Shown here: positions 14,165 through 26,756 of the stretch, one piece after another
How the letters are laid out: every line of letters starts with the position of its first letter
Numbering within the stretch: position 1 is the first letter of the stretch
NCBI GenBank assembly: GCA_051294375.1
Contig: CM119263.1
Span: forward strand, 23,184,525-23,248,524
DNA length: 64,000 bases
Reading direction: 5' to 3'
Source: Paraspadella gotoi
Lineage: Eukaryota > Animalia > Chaetognatha
Translations under genes and position numbers: made by a program
Notes under the pieces: model-generated
Database searches by the model: none
Told to the model about the DNA's origin: nothing
The model's input: only the letters and a program-made list of their open reading frames with translations

Positions 14165-17100
14165 AGCGTTGCTGGCGGCCGAAAAGACGGCAAGCGGCGA
14201 CGGCGTCGAAGTTGGCCCGTGGCGTGGTAACAGCTTTAAAGCGAAATCCGAAAGAAACGTCCGGATGTAAGAGAACGTCGCCGACAGTGGGCGTGGCTCG
14301 CGACGTAAAACAGATTCCGGTTTCGGATGGGCGACGTTGGTTGGAGAAAAGAAGAATCACTACCTACGGTATCTTGTTCTGTACGATATCACAATAACTG
14401 AATGGCACTTTCGCATTGTTTACGATCGCCGGAAGGCAAGACTCATGACTGAGTTGATCATTCATGTTTGACAATGAATAAGTCATATTTCGCTCAAAGA
14501 TGGCGCATTCGAATCAGAAATACCTAATTTTTTTATTCATTTTTCTCATTACGTATTATAATCTAAAAGAGTCACTGAAATTAAATAAAGTTTCGGCGTT
14601 CTCTCNNNNNNNNNNNNNNNNNNNNNNNNNNNNNNNNNNNNNNNNNNNNNNNNNNNNNNNNNNNNNNNNNNNNNNNNNNNNNNNNNNNNNNNNNNNNNNN
14701 NNNNNNNNNNNNNNNNNNNNNNNNNNNNNNNNNNNNNNNNNNNNNNNNNNNNNNNNNNNNNNNNNNNNNNNATTTCCCCCTTTCTCCCTCACACATCCCA
14801 GATCCCCTCAACCAAAATCGATGACCCGCGAAAGTCGCCGTTACGATCGTCGTCGTCGTAATAGTCGTCGTCGAAATCGTCGCCGTCCAAAGTTTCGCCG
14901 TCGGGGGTCGCCGCGGTCGCGCGAATCGACGCCGTCTTCGTCGTGGTCGTCGTCGTTTCCACGTCTCCGGCGCCGAAATTATTTCCCAACCGAAAGCGAC
15001 GGGGAAAAAATGAGATTTTTATCGGTCACGTGACCGGAAGCGACGTCGTCGATTTGCGGCGGCCAAATCGAGGAAAGAAGAAACAAAAAGAGCATCGCTG
15101 GGACGAAAAATAGAAATCGTAGAAAACGGAGGAGAAATATTTTGATAAAAGATATGTTCTATCGATTATCTAATATCTATATCTCAAAAATACGTTAAAT
15201 TAAATATGGTAATGACTTTTAGTGCCTATGATTTAACTTTTGTTAAATGAGTGCTAAGCGACGATGTCGTATATTATAATGAAATCTTGAAGAAAATTTA
15301 AACTTTCTCGCAAAATTCGAGAGAGTTTTTACATTCGTACTTTCAACATCCGGGAGTCTCGTAACTGTCACGATTCGCTCTCCCGGTCGCCATAACAACG
15401 CTCGTCGGCGTCTTCATTGTTGTCCTCGTCGTCGTCTACTCCGGAGAGACAAAAGCTCGAGAAGCAATCGAACGCATCGGAAACAGCGCCATCAACGTAG
15501 AATATTGCGCGGCAATCAAACCGAGTTCCATTTATAACTTTAGTTAATGGGGTGATCATTCGCGAGGATTGTCTTCTTCTTCGTCTTCTTCTTTTTATTT
15601 TTTTCCTCTCCTTCTTTCTCCTTCCGCTCGTCGTTGTCGTCCTTGCCAAACGCCATCTTCTCGGCATGAGTTGTCACGGGAGCCATATAATTTCCTTTTT
15701 TTTCCCTTCTTTGTTATTATGATTGTTGCGAGTGAATTGAACTATTTTTAGACTTTAGTAGAGTATTGTTACAATGTCTAAATGGTTATCGGTATTCTTC
15801 TTAAAACCCAGTACCGGAAATTATCTAAATAAATATACATAGTATATATATATATTTTACATTTTAGAACTTTATTTCTCACTAATGGACCTCACAATTT
15901 TAGTCTTTACTATTACAATTCCCTTTCAAAAATCATTCATAATTCAAAATCGACTCTTCCCCTTTTTTTATCCGTCTAAAATCCTCCTACTGTCGAACGT
16001 CGCTGAGGAAATTAACCTTTTGTTTTACAATTGTTTTGCGCCGACGTCGTAAACGACGCCAGAGGGACATAACCTCGTTTTTATTTTCCCTCCTTAGTCT
16101 CTTTGCTTCTTCTTCCTCGTCGTCGTCGTCGTCGTCGTCGTTGGCGTCGTTAAATTTCCGGTCCATCGCGCTTCGACTCGGCGACGCTTAATTCGCGCGT
16201 CACTCGTCTCCCACAGAAAAAAAAAAGAAAGTCATTCGTCGACGAATCTCGTTCGATTTTGTGGTCGCGGGTTCGAATCCCGATCGGGCACCTAATATTT
16301 TTTTCCCATTGCGGTGGGCGAGCGGGTATCATTTCCGACGTTGACCTCACGGTGAGGGCGACGAGGATGATGACGACGAAGGCAACGACGAAGATGACGA
16401 AATGGATGAATCATGAAATATGATTGGGGCCCCGAGAGAGAGAGAGAGAGAGAGAGATAGTTAAAGAGAGATTGGGAAAGAGCGAGAAGGAAAGACGGTG
16501 AAAAGGATAAAAATTTAAAATTGATTATGATTGTGATTAAGCTCGTTCTAAAAACAGCTTTTGAAAAGCTACTATTTCCAAACTATTTCTTATTAGTCCT
16601 TCAAAAAGTTTGTTTCGTCCGGTAATTTACCGGGATCTTAAACAAATATACGGAGGGAGACAACAACAATCGCCACTCCTTACGTATTTATCCAGTTCGT
16701 TCAAAACGAACAACCACAGTTACTAAGCCCCCCCCCGAAACAGCTCGGGATTCTCAATTTGCATGTTTGAAATTCTCTCAAAAGGTTTCGCCCTCGATTC
16801 TCCTCTCGTTCCGTCCCCGCGAATCCCGAGTTTTTCTCGATCCGCGACGAATCGTTTTCATCCTCCATTTAATAAAAGCCAATAATTAAAACGGATATCT
16901 GAAAGGCGGCCATTTTGAAAAGAATATAACCGTTCTTTTTTTTTTCTCCCTTTTTTTTCTTTTGCCCCCCCCCTTTATTCTAAACCGCTTCCATTGTTAT
17001 TTCTCGTAATTAAGGCGAGAAAGGGAATAAAGGAAGAGCGAAGAGGGCTCGCAGCGACGCCGAGCGGTGAGCGATGTTCAGCGAGCGAGCGGTTGGAAGG

Positions 17101-17658
17101 GGTGACTGCCTGACTGGGAGGGGAAGTTGTGGACCGACCGACAGACGCTGCGAGGAATAAACCAGCTTGATTCGTCGTCGCAGCTTTTGATGTAGCGGGC
17201 AGTACCTGAGGAACTTTCTCAAGAACTACATTTAGATATATTTCATAATTCAATCGTACAATAATGTCTGGCAAAATAATTGGTTAGATAATAGGGGGAA
17301 AAATACAGTTTATTAAATACTGATTTTTGACATAAATCTTATCTTATCCTTATCTTGTATCTTAATTTGCCTTTTAGCTTTGTTTCAATCTCTCAATCGT
17401 TTCTCTAAGTCGTTAGCTTTTGTGATTAAGAACGCTTCATGTGATTCGAAGTAACGTTGTGTAGTCATGGAGTGAAACGGCGTCAACACTTCGTTCTCCT
17501 GTGATTCGCTGAACTGAAATATACCCAGCTGCCGCAATACTGCAATGCTGTAATACGCTGCCGAACTCGCGTCTCTAAAGTCGCACCACGTGAACCAGAA
17601 CAACATATTGGAACGAAGATGCGGGCGTTTGTCGGCAGACGGTGTCGGCAAGGCGGCG

Positions 17659-17764
17659 TCGGCCGCCGTTCGGCCGGCTCTCGGCCGCCGTTCGGCCGGC
17701 TCTCGGCCGCCGTTCGGCCGGCTCTCGGCCGCCGTTCGGCCGGCTCTCGGCCGCCGTTCGGCCG
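17659..17764. repeat. GC-rich 22-bp minisatellite (TCGGCCGCCGTTCGGCCGGCTC, ~4.8 copies)
   Basis: Four perfect head-to-tail units plus a partial fifth. Each unit is two related 11-mers, each containing the palindrome CGGCCG. Confidence 0.95.
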
Positions 17765-19185
17765 CCATCCGGCCGCGGTTGCGATTGGCGTCGCTCGCGT
17801 TGGCGTCTGGAGACGCGACCGTCATTATCTCCCGTTGACCAATGACTCGGAAGACGGCAACTAGTGGAGGAAAATGGAGGAAAGGGAGAAAAGGAAAGAA
17901 GGAGGGGAGAAAGGAGAGGAATGAATAGGAGAAGAAAAGAGATGGATTAGTAAAAGAAAGAGAGATAGTGGAAAGAGAGAGATGGTGAAAAAGGAATGTA
18001 GTAGCAGATTAAGAAGGGAGAATTCTCGATTGGCGGAGGACGGGGAAAAGCAGAGAGGTGAACGACATACGAGAGGACTATGGGAACCCGGGGATGAGAC
18101 TGACAGAGAGACCTGAGAATGGAATGAGACGGAGATAGAAGATGAGAACGAGACCGAACGCAGACACGGAGATATAGAGGAGAGATTTGAGAGAGACAAA
18201 ACAAGGTGGAAGTAAAGTCGATTGTGGGATCAAACAAGAACATTGGTTTCGACGTCGCGCCCCCTTCTTTTTTACGACGCCACCGTAATTCAAGGGATCA
18301 ACAAAAAATGACTTTTTATCAGGTGTAAACAAAGGGATGAATTGTCTGCTTTGCGATGAAGACGACGACGTGAAAAGAAAGAAAACGAAGACGAAGAGGA
18401 TAAAAAGGAGGAAGAGGAAGAGGAAGAGGAGGAGAAATGGAAAAGTGGAGGAGGGAGAAGTCGAGCGGAAATCAACGTCTGTTTGAAGGAAATGAAAAGG
18501 AGGAAAAAGTTTTTTGCGGTTGAAGCGGACGAAGCGAAGAGAGAGAAGACGAGAATCGGAGGAATTGAACGGGGGGCAATCTCGGCGAGGTACGTATGAA
18601 CGGGGGGCAATCTCGGCGAGATAGATATATCGGTGTGAAAAAAGGCGAAACATCATTATATTTAGAAAACATGATAAGTAAGTTTTGATTCCTTTACCTC
18701 CGTTAATTCTTATCTTCTTTCTTCTCCTTTCTCTTAACTCTTAACTCTTCTCTGTACTTTTAAAATGATTTAAATAATTAATTAGCCCACTTAAACTTGT
18801 CCCCTAATTCGCATATATTTCCTTCTCTCTTTGATTTTTATTCAAATCCCTATCCGCTCCTATTCTTCTTCCTTCCAAACAAATTTTCAAATATTTCTAT
18901 TCTCCCTTTTCTCCATTCTCTCTCTTGCTTTAAACTTTCCCTAATTTCCTTTTCTCCTAACTTTTCTCCCTTTTCTCCCAACTTTCCTCCCTTTTCTCCC
19001 AACTTTCCTCCCTTTCATACCCTCCACCCTCCACGACCTCGACTGTCAAGAACCTCCTTCAACACTTTCCGGTTCAATTTTAAGAGACTCACTGATTCCC
19101 TTTTGTTTCACATTCATGCCGATTTCCCCGGAGAGCCTCATTGCAGATAATCAAAGTAGGAAACGAGGAAAGAAAAGAAGGGGGG

Positions 19186-19312
<127 letters not shown>

Positions 19313-19848
19313 CATAAATGCTAAATTTGTTCATAATGAGTCGTTTATCAAATTAAAGTATTTAAAAATCTAAAAAAAAATTGTTAATCTTGGAAAACAA
19401 AACAAAAAAATTACTAATTCAACGACAGAGTATGTAACAGAAGAGGCTCAAAACGACAGAAGAGAAATTTTTAAAAAATGAAACAAAATAAAACTACAAC
19501 AACAACACACGACCACAACAACAACCACGGACGAAGGCTCGAAATTGCGTCAATAACAAAAGGCGTTCGAGAAAACAAAAGATTTTTTTTCTCGTTCTTT
19601 TCAATCCTCATTTTTTTGATTATTTTACATGAATTGTTTGTTTCGGAGGAAATGACAACAAGAAATCTGCCAAAACCAATTAAAAGTGAAGGAGCGAGGA
19701 GGAGGAGGAGGAGGAGGCGGAAACCAAATGAAAGAAGAAAAATAATTAGCGTCTGAAAAGCGAAATTCCATCTCTGATTCCTCTGTCCTCTCTCTCTCCC
19801 TCGCTCATACCTCTCTTTGATTCTATGCTTTTGTTTTTTATCTTTCGA

Positions 19849-19892
<44 letters not shown>

Positions 19893-21326
19893 TATTAAAA
19901 AACCGGAATGAAACGACTAATTCAAACATGACTTTGACGTCCCGAGTGGTGCCTTTGTTTGTGCTTTCAGTTCAGAAATTTCTATTTTCAATTTTTAATA
20001 TTTCCCCCAATTTTAATTTTTTTTTTCCTTTTGTGCGATGGGAGAATCAGCGGTGAGCTTACGTTTGTAGTTTGGAGAATCAAGTTTCTTTGTTGCGTAA
20101 GATATAGACAGAGAGATAGAGAGAGAGAGACGGACAGAGAAGGGGTAGGCATCTTTATAGAAATGGGAGAGGATAATGATAATGACCACAAATATGTGAG
20201 AACTCTTGAAAATCCAAGAAAATAACTTCATTTGATCTTTCGAACGTAAAAAATTATCCACAAAAGACAAATCACTGACGCAACGAACACGAAAAGAGAT
20301 GGCGCGGCGTTCTGTCGCCTTGGAAGACACTGAATCTTGGATTGAATGAGAAAAATGTGACCTCTCTCTGCCTCTCTCTATATACTGTTCTTTCGTCATC
20401 TGCTAAATTTCTCTCTCTCCTCTCTTCTCCTCTACTCTCTCTTCCTTCCTCCTCTTCTCTCTCTCCTCTTCTCTCTTTACCTCCGTCTGTGATTCGCTCT
20501 CTCTCTCTTCCTCCGTCTACGCTTTCTCTCTTCATTCTCATCCTCGTCTCTCTCTAGCGATCTCATCTAAGCGATATCATTTTCTCATAAACGCGAGAGA
20601 GAGAGAGAGAGAAAGAAGCTCTAGAGAACAATTTTCATAAGGTGTCTCGAGGTTGTTCGGGGTTGGACGAAGGTGGGAGGGGCGGTGGGTGCGCTTAATC
20701 TTTAAGAGGCTGGTGTTAAAAGTGGTGGTGGGGGGGGACGGGAAGAGGATCAGGTCAGCACCTTCCTCAAAGAGATTCGGTCCAACATTGATTAATGGCT
20801 GAGAGAGAGGTCGTCGGCATCGTGTCCGCGCGGAGAAAGGCAGAGCGTGGATTCTCGGAATGTTGATCAAGGGAAAGAGAGGGGGAGAAAGGGGGGGGAG
20901 TGTCCTCATGATCGAGGGAAAGGAAGGGACATTGGAAAAGAAATAGGAATGTGTTGGTGGATGTGTAAGAGAGCTAAATGGTCCTTAAATAACAGTAAAC
21001 TTAGCTCTAGTAGTATTCCCAATAAATATACCAATTAACTTGCTGTGGTAGAATACTCGCATGTAATGGGACTTTTACGGGAAAAAGAAAGACTAAGTGA
21101 AGGAGACCTTATCAGGGTTGTTATTGATAAAGACATAGATTATTATTTGTTTCCTTTTTTTAAATAAAAATTTCAATTTCTTTTAAATATTTTTTTTCAA
21201 AATTGAAATTTTTTTGATTCTAGACAGCTAATAGTTTCCACAATTGCTAATTAGCAGAATTTATTTATCTCAAAATAGCTAAATGATGACAAAAAAAAGA
21301 TTATTTTCTCTTCCTCTTTTCCTCAG

Positions 21327-24300
21327 ATTCTGCGATGGAATCCGACGTCTCCAAACTCTTCTAACTCCAACGTCATGGATCTGTCGCCGCCGACGCCGGG
21401 CCCCCTCCGCCCGGCGTCGTCGGCCTCCAACTCTCCACCCCGGACACCCCACAGCCCCCGACGTTCCACCCCTGGCACTCCGAGCAAAACCCCGCCCGAG
21501 CACGGCCCCTCGGTCTCGACGGGCGGTTCCATCGATGACCCCCGCGAACTGACGAGCCACGGCGGCTCCGAGATGCTCCGCCGCCTCAAGACCCTCAACG
21601 GGCGACACGGGAAATACCCCGAGGCGTCCCCTTCTCCTCCAGAGCCGCGCGGCGTACGCGACATCACGATCCCCGTCGACGGCGTCCGCGGTCTAAAGCG
21701 CCCTCCACCTAACGGGGAATCTCAGACATCCTCGGCGCCCCTCAACCTTTCCAAGGACGGGCCCCATTCCTTGGGTGGTCACGTGTCCAGCACGACGCGC
21801 GACGAAGAGATCGTCAAGATGTTCCACTTTCCCGAAAACTCCCTCATCTCGCCCTATGAGTCAACGGTGCCCCCAATACCGCTCCTCCCCCCGCTGGGCC
21901 TTGTTCCGCCCCGCATTGCCGCCGGCGGGGGGCCCGATCTCTCCGATCCCCGCGTCGCCGCGGCCGCGGCTGCCGCGGCGGCGGCGGGGCAGTCGACGGC
22001 GCTGCTTAACCGCATCGCGACGGGCAACTTGGATCCCATGGAGGAACTTATCGCCATCAAACAAAGAAACAACAAGTTTGGCCGCGGCGAAAAAGCCGCT
22101 AAGTGCAAGAGCGGCGGCGGAGGCGGCGGCGGCGGCGCCAAAAACCGTCACAGTCCGACGGCGCCGTCTAAACGCGGCGCCGCTTCTCTCGGCGATCACC
22201 CTCCACCGCAGCCGCATCAGCAGCAGCACCCGCCGCATCTCAACGCCGCCATGCTGCAACTTGGCTTGAATCAGCCGCCGGGATTCCCGATGATGCCGCC
22301 GGTAGCGCCGCCGTTCGGATTGCCCGGCGGCCTCATGTCGCCGATGGAGTTTCTCGCCAGCCGGCTGCAGGCTCAGGAGAACGCGGCCAAGAGATTCAAG
22401 TCTGACTTTCCCATGTTCGCCAACCTGCCCCACCTCATTCAACAGAACGCCATGAATCAGCTGGCCGGCGGCGGAGGCGGCGGCGCCGGCGGACCGCCGA
22501 TGTTTCCGACCGGCGCCGTAGCTCAGCAGTCGGCGGCCGCAGCGGCGGCGGCTCTGGGCGCCAATAACGGGTTTCACCATCCTCTTCAGAGTTTAAGGTT
22601 TTCCACTTCGCTGTCAGCGTTGGCGCAGAGCAGCGGCATCGCTCCGCCGGACACCGGAGGCGGCAGCAGCGGCGGCGGCGGAACTAGACCACCTTCCGCG
22701 TTTCAAGCGGCGGCGCTGGGCATCGAAACCGAGCGATCCGCCTTCGCCGTTCCAGGAGCCCGCGCTCCTGGCGGACCCGTCTCTCCTGGCGCCAACGGCC
22801 ACGCCCACTCCAGATCGGCGGCGCGGTTGTCGACCTTCGCGACGCCAGTGACGGGCAACGAATCCAAAGTGAAAGCGGCGTTGGGCGACGCCGTGAAAAT
22901 GCAATCGGGTCGCCATCACAAGTCGGGTCATCATCAGCATCATCATCATCATCATCATCATCAGCCGCAACCACCGCAGCAACAGCAGCATAGCGTCACG
23001 ATTCATCACGTGATGAAGTGCCTTAGCAGCGCGGGTTTTCTCCCGGCAACGCCGCCAGGGCACCCGGCTACCGGACAAAGCGCCATGGCTGCCGCCGCCG
23101 CCGCCCTACAGAGTCAGGGCCGAGGCGGCGCCGCCTCCGCCACCAAGGACTCGGTCGACGGCGATTCGCCACGCGCGGCATCGGCCAACGGTCACTACCA
23201 TCAGCATCCCAACGCCCCCAACAACAACAACCAACAGCAGCCTTTTTTCTTGCCACCCCCCTGGGCGCTGCCGCCCGCAACTGGCCCAGGGGGTCAATTA
23301 CCAATCACAGATTTACCTGAGGATCTTCACGGTTTGGCGGTCGCAGTCGCCGCCGGTCAAATCCCGCCGCCCGTCGCCGACCTCATCGCCGTAGCGATTC
23401 TCAACGAGAAAAACGGGCAACAACAGCAGCCTCAACAGCAACAGCAACGACCCATGTCGTCCCAGCAGCAGATACAGCACTTGCAGCCTCATCATCTAGT
23501 CCCGCAGCTGCACCCAGATTTTGGCGTCAACACTTCGCTGCAGACGTTGATGCAGCACGCGGCGGGATTCACGGCGGCGATGCAGGAGAGCGGTGCGGCG
23601 GCGGAAAAGGAGGGCGCCGCGGCGTTTGGAGTGACGCCGCTACTGCTGCCGCCTCCGCCGCCAGCCAGCGACACCGCGACGCCGTCTTCTCTCTCGTCCC
23701 GCGCCTCTTCCGCCAACGGGCGCCTCTCGCCCGCCGTTTCGCCGGCAGCGGCGTCGCCCAAGACGCCGCCGAGTAGAGAAGCGACTCCGGAAACACCGGA
23801 TGGACAGGCGCAGGCGCAGCAGCTGCAAACGATGCAGCGGGAGATGCAGCAGAATCTGCAAAGGATGTTGCCACCGGCGACGCTGGGTCCCAATCCGCAG
23901 CAGGACCGCAAATTCCTGATGCTGGTCGGATTGGAGGACGTCGTCCAATATGTGAGGAACGACAAGTTCTTCCGACGACGACAGCGGAAGTTAAAGGAGC
24001 GGATGGAAGCGAAGGAGTTGTCGGAGCGGACGGAGACGCTGGAGCGGATCACGACGGAGCGGTCGCTTCAGCGGAAACAGAAATCTCCGCAACAGACGGA
24101 GAAGGCGGACGACCGACTCGTCACGAAAAACAACTACAACAACAATTACAATAACAACAATAACAACAACGACGAGAACGTGAACCACAATCACGACGAC
24201 GTCGATAGAAAACGAGCGCCGATCGAAAGCGACGACGACGACGACGACGACAAAGACGCCGACGACGAAAAGAGGGACGAAGGTTGGCGTTCGGCGGCGT

Positions 24301-24587
24301 CGACCGATCGCGACGACGAGCCCCTCGCCGGGCGCCGCTTCTCAAACCCCGAGTCATCTCTTTCCCATCATCCCCATCGCGCGAATGAACGGCGCCAAAG
24401 GGCGTCACCATCATCAGCATCACGGCGCAAGACGCCGCACGTCTCCGGGAGACTCTGCATCCACGGAGACGCCGCTGCGGACGTCATTTCCGGCGACGTC
24501 ATCGTCAAAGATCTGACGGAGTCTTTCGCCGATCGCAAACGACGCGTTAGAGCAGCCGCCATTTTTTCAAAACTTGATCGACGCTGA
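21327..24587 (+). CDS. Large terminal coding exon (~1086 codons; 1070 aa from the first Met) of an uncharacterised, intrinsically disordered putative nuclear transcriptional regulator or co-repressor partner
   Basis: 3.2-kb open, GC-rich frame. Polypyrimidine tract plus CAG acceptor ending at 21326, in phase 0 with the ORF (ILRWNPTSPNSSNSNVMDLS...). Poly-A/G/Q/H/N/D runs and many SP/TP motifs, a PLNLSK motif, basic NLS-like patches (AKRFK, RRRQRKLK). AATAAA at 24669-24674. No DNA-binding domain is visible in this exon. Confidence 0.85.
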   Translation: MLRWNPTSPNSSNSNVMDLSPPTPGPLRPASSASNSPPRTPHSPRRSTPGTPSKTPPEHGPSVSTGGSIDDPRELTSHGGSEMLRRLKTLNGRHGKYPEASPSPPEPRGVRDITIPVDGVRGLKRPPPNGESQTSSAPLNLSKDGPHSLGGHVSSTTRDEEIVKMFHFPENSLISPYESTVPPIPLLPPLGLVPPRIAAGGGPDLSDPRVAAAAAAAAAAGQSTALLNRIATGNLDPMEELIAIKQRNNKFGRGEKAAKCKSGGGGGGGGAKNRHSPTAPSKRGAASLGDHPPPQPHQQQHPPHLNAAMLQLGLNQPPGFPMMPPVAPPFGLPGGLMSPMEFLASRLQAQENAAKRFKSDFPMFANLPHLIQQNAMNQLAGGGGGGAGGPPMFPTGAVAQQSAAAAAAALGANNGFHHPLQSLRFSTSLSALAQSSGIAPPDTGGGSSGGGGTRPPSAFQAAALGIETERSAFAVPGARAPGGPVSPGANGHAHSRSAARLSTFATPVTGNESKVKAALGDAVKMQSGRHHKSGHHQHHHHHHHHQPQPPQQQQHSVTIHHVMKCLSSAGFLPATPPGHPATGQSAMAAAAAALQSQGRGGAASATKDSVDGDSPRAASANGHYHQHPNAPNNNNQQQPFFLPPPWALPPATGPGGQLPITDLPEDLHGLAVAVAAGQIPPPVADLIAVAILNEKNGQQQQPQQQQQRPMSSQQQIQHLQPHHLVPQLHPDFGVNTSLQTLMQHAAGFTAAMQESGAAAEKEGAAAFGVTPLLLPPPPPASDTATPSSLSSRASSANGRLSPAVSPAAASPKTPPSREATPETPDGQAQAQQLQTMQREMQQNLQRMLPPATLGPNPQQDRKFLMLVGLEDVVQYVRNDKFFRRRQRKLKERMEAKELSERTETLERITTERSLQRKQKSPQQTEKADDRLVTKNNYNNNYNNNNNNNDENVNHNHDDVDRKRAPIESDDDDDDDKDADDEKRDEGWRSAASTDRDDEPLAGRRFSNPESSLSHHPHRANERRQRASPSSASRRKTPHVSGRLCIHGDAAADVISGDVIVKDLTESFADRKRRVRAAAIFSKLDRR

Positions 24588-26756
24588 GCGAAACTGAAAG
24601 AAATTATGAACATGAAAAAAGAGATTGCGACATTTTCGGGTTGAAGACTTTTCTACGTTTCGTGAGTTAATAAAATGAAGAGAATGCAATCCTCCAATTT
24701 AGACGTTAAAGGTGAATAATATATAATTGTAAAATATTTTTTTTCTCTTTTTAAATTCGTTACTTTTCATTTGAGGTTTGTGCGCTTAATCTGAATTTTT
24801 CGTTGGACATAACAGCGTTTTGTACCCTCTCCCGCCCATTCGGTATTATCGATTCAGTATTTTCGTTGTAGTCAAATTGATCCTTCATGAATATGGTTGT
24901 GTTAAAAAATTTTTAAATCGATTTTATTGATTTTTAAACATGTGTGTTTTTCGTTATTTTCCCGAGCCCATTCAGTGGGGCTTTCCCGGCTTTCCTATCG
25001 CAATATCTACGTTACTACCTGTTAGTATATGTATTGTCACCCTGTGATAAGAATTCCAATACGTTTTTATGTAAAATCCATATTAACAATATAACTTCTT
25101 AGATTCAGCTCTATAAAAATGGAAAAAAAATAGTTTTAAGTATTAACGAATAAAAGAGAACAGGTAGCCTTAGACTATAACTATTAAAATTTTATTACCC
25201 AATCATTTGGTCCATTTTAACCATCATAATCATTGAATAGTTCCATGTTGACTTGCTTAAGATTTCATAACTTTGTGTCAATACTTTCTCACTGTAATGA
25301 GACTCCCATTGTCCGTTTCCCTCTTCAACCAGTATTATGTTCATAAAAAATGTGTGCGCTTATGAAATTTAATTTGAGAACGATTAAATATGTTTTTCGT
25401 AGATTTTTCCTCAAATTTGATTTTAACTATTCTTTTAAGAGTAAACAAGTACGAATTTTGGTAAACTCTATCCGATAAATAAGATTTAAAAGATCAGCCC
25501 TGTTTACTATCAGTGTCATTGAAAATAGCTGTACTCACAACAATAAAAAATTCTGTAATAAAATCTTCTTGTAACAAAAATTATGCTTTTTAAGTAATTT
25601 AAAAAAAACTATTAGGAAGAGTCATTTGTCACAACTTTCGACTAGCTAGTAAATGACAACATTTGTTAAAAGCTTTGTTTAAATGAAATATTTCATTAAA
25701 CGAAGATCATAAATTGAAGCGAGGTGATTAAACAATAAACATCTCCTCAAACTTAAGCCTCAAATCGAATTATTTGAATTCTTTCGTTGCTCTTACATCT
25801 TACATAAAACACAAAAAAGTAACGTTTTCATTTTTAATTAATTTTTAATGAAATCGAAGCAATAATTAAATAAAAAAGTCGAAAAAGTATATGAAAAACA
25901 AAAACAAGATATTTACCGTCGCCCATCGTCGCTGGCCTCGTTTCGTCGTCGTGGCCGTCGTTCGGACGCCGCGATTGTGGCCCGCAACGACGTCGTTTCG
26001 TAGGCCATTTCGTCCGCCATTCGGGGTTCCGCGGTGGGCGTGGCGGCGTCACAGAAGACGACGCGAAGGCGACGCTTCTCCCACTTCCGGTTTTCAGCGT
26101 TAATGAAACTTTTATGCATTCGAAAGTCGAGAGGACCTCATTCGTCTTCGTCACTTTCTTTTTCGTCGTCGTCGTCGTCGTCGTCGTCACTCTCGTCGTT
26201 TCTTTTTTCGTCGGCTTCACTCTCTTTTTATTTCACACCTGCGCTCAAAAATAAGCAGGAAGCAAAACAATATTACTAAAAGTAAAACTCAGTTCGTAGT
26301 AATAAAAAAAATTAAGACGATTCATGATCAAAAAGATGGTTAAATATTTAACAATAATTTTTGTAATCATCAAACACCCGGACCAAAACCGGACTAAGCT
26401 CGCTCAGCCCTGCCCCCGACGCTCCGCCCTCTCGCCGTCGCCCACCTACCCCTCAGGCGCCCGCGTCGTCCCAGACCGGAAATGAAGAGACGCTCCCAGG
26501 ATCCGCGGGGACCGAAAGATGAATGACGAGAGGGTGTCATCGACGACGACGACAACGACGACGACGACGACGACGACCCCGGGCGAAGGATGGGATGAGG
26601 ACGTGGATGTCCGAACTTTGAAGAAGGGAAAGGTGATCGAAGGAGAGTCGGATGGATAAAAAAAAGAAAAAAAAGTAAAGAAAGAAAGCGTCTTAAAAAT
26701 GAAAAGAAATTAAAAATGAAAAAAAAACCAGGAAAGAAAATGGAAAGCTTATGGAG

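Noticed and set aside
16255-16295. tRNA gene
   Set aside because: Only a T-arm-like motif is present. No D-arm, anticodon arm or acceptor stem could be built.
17659-17764. CRISPR-like regular repeat
   Set aside because: Units are head-to-tail with no unique spacers, there are no cas genes, and the context is eukaryotic.
18576-18620. Two copies of TGAACGGGGGGCAATCTCGGCGAG
   Set aside because: A simple local 31-bp-period duplication with no further structure.
21775-24613. Overlapping and antisense ORFs inside the large exon (and likewise inside 53300-55100 and 58869-60230)
   Set aside because: Shadow ORFs expected from GC-rich codon usage of the real gene.
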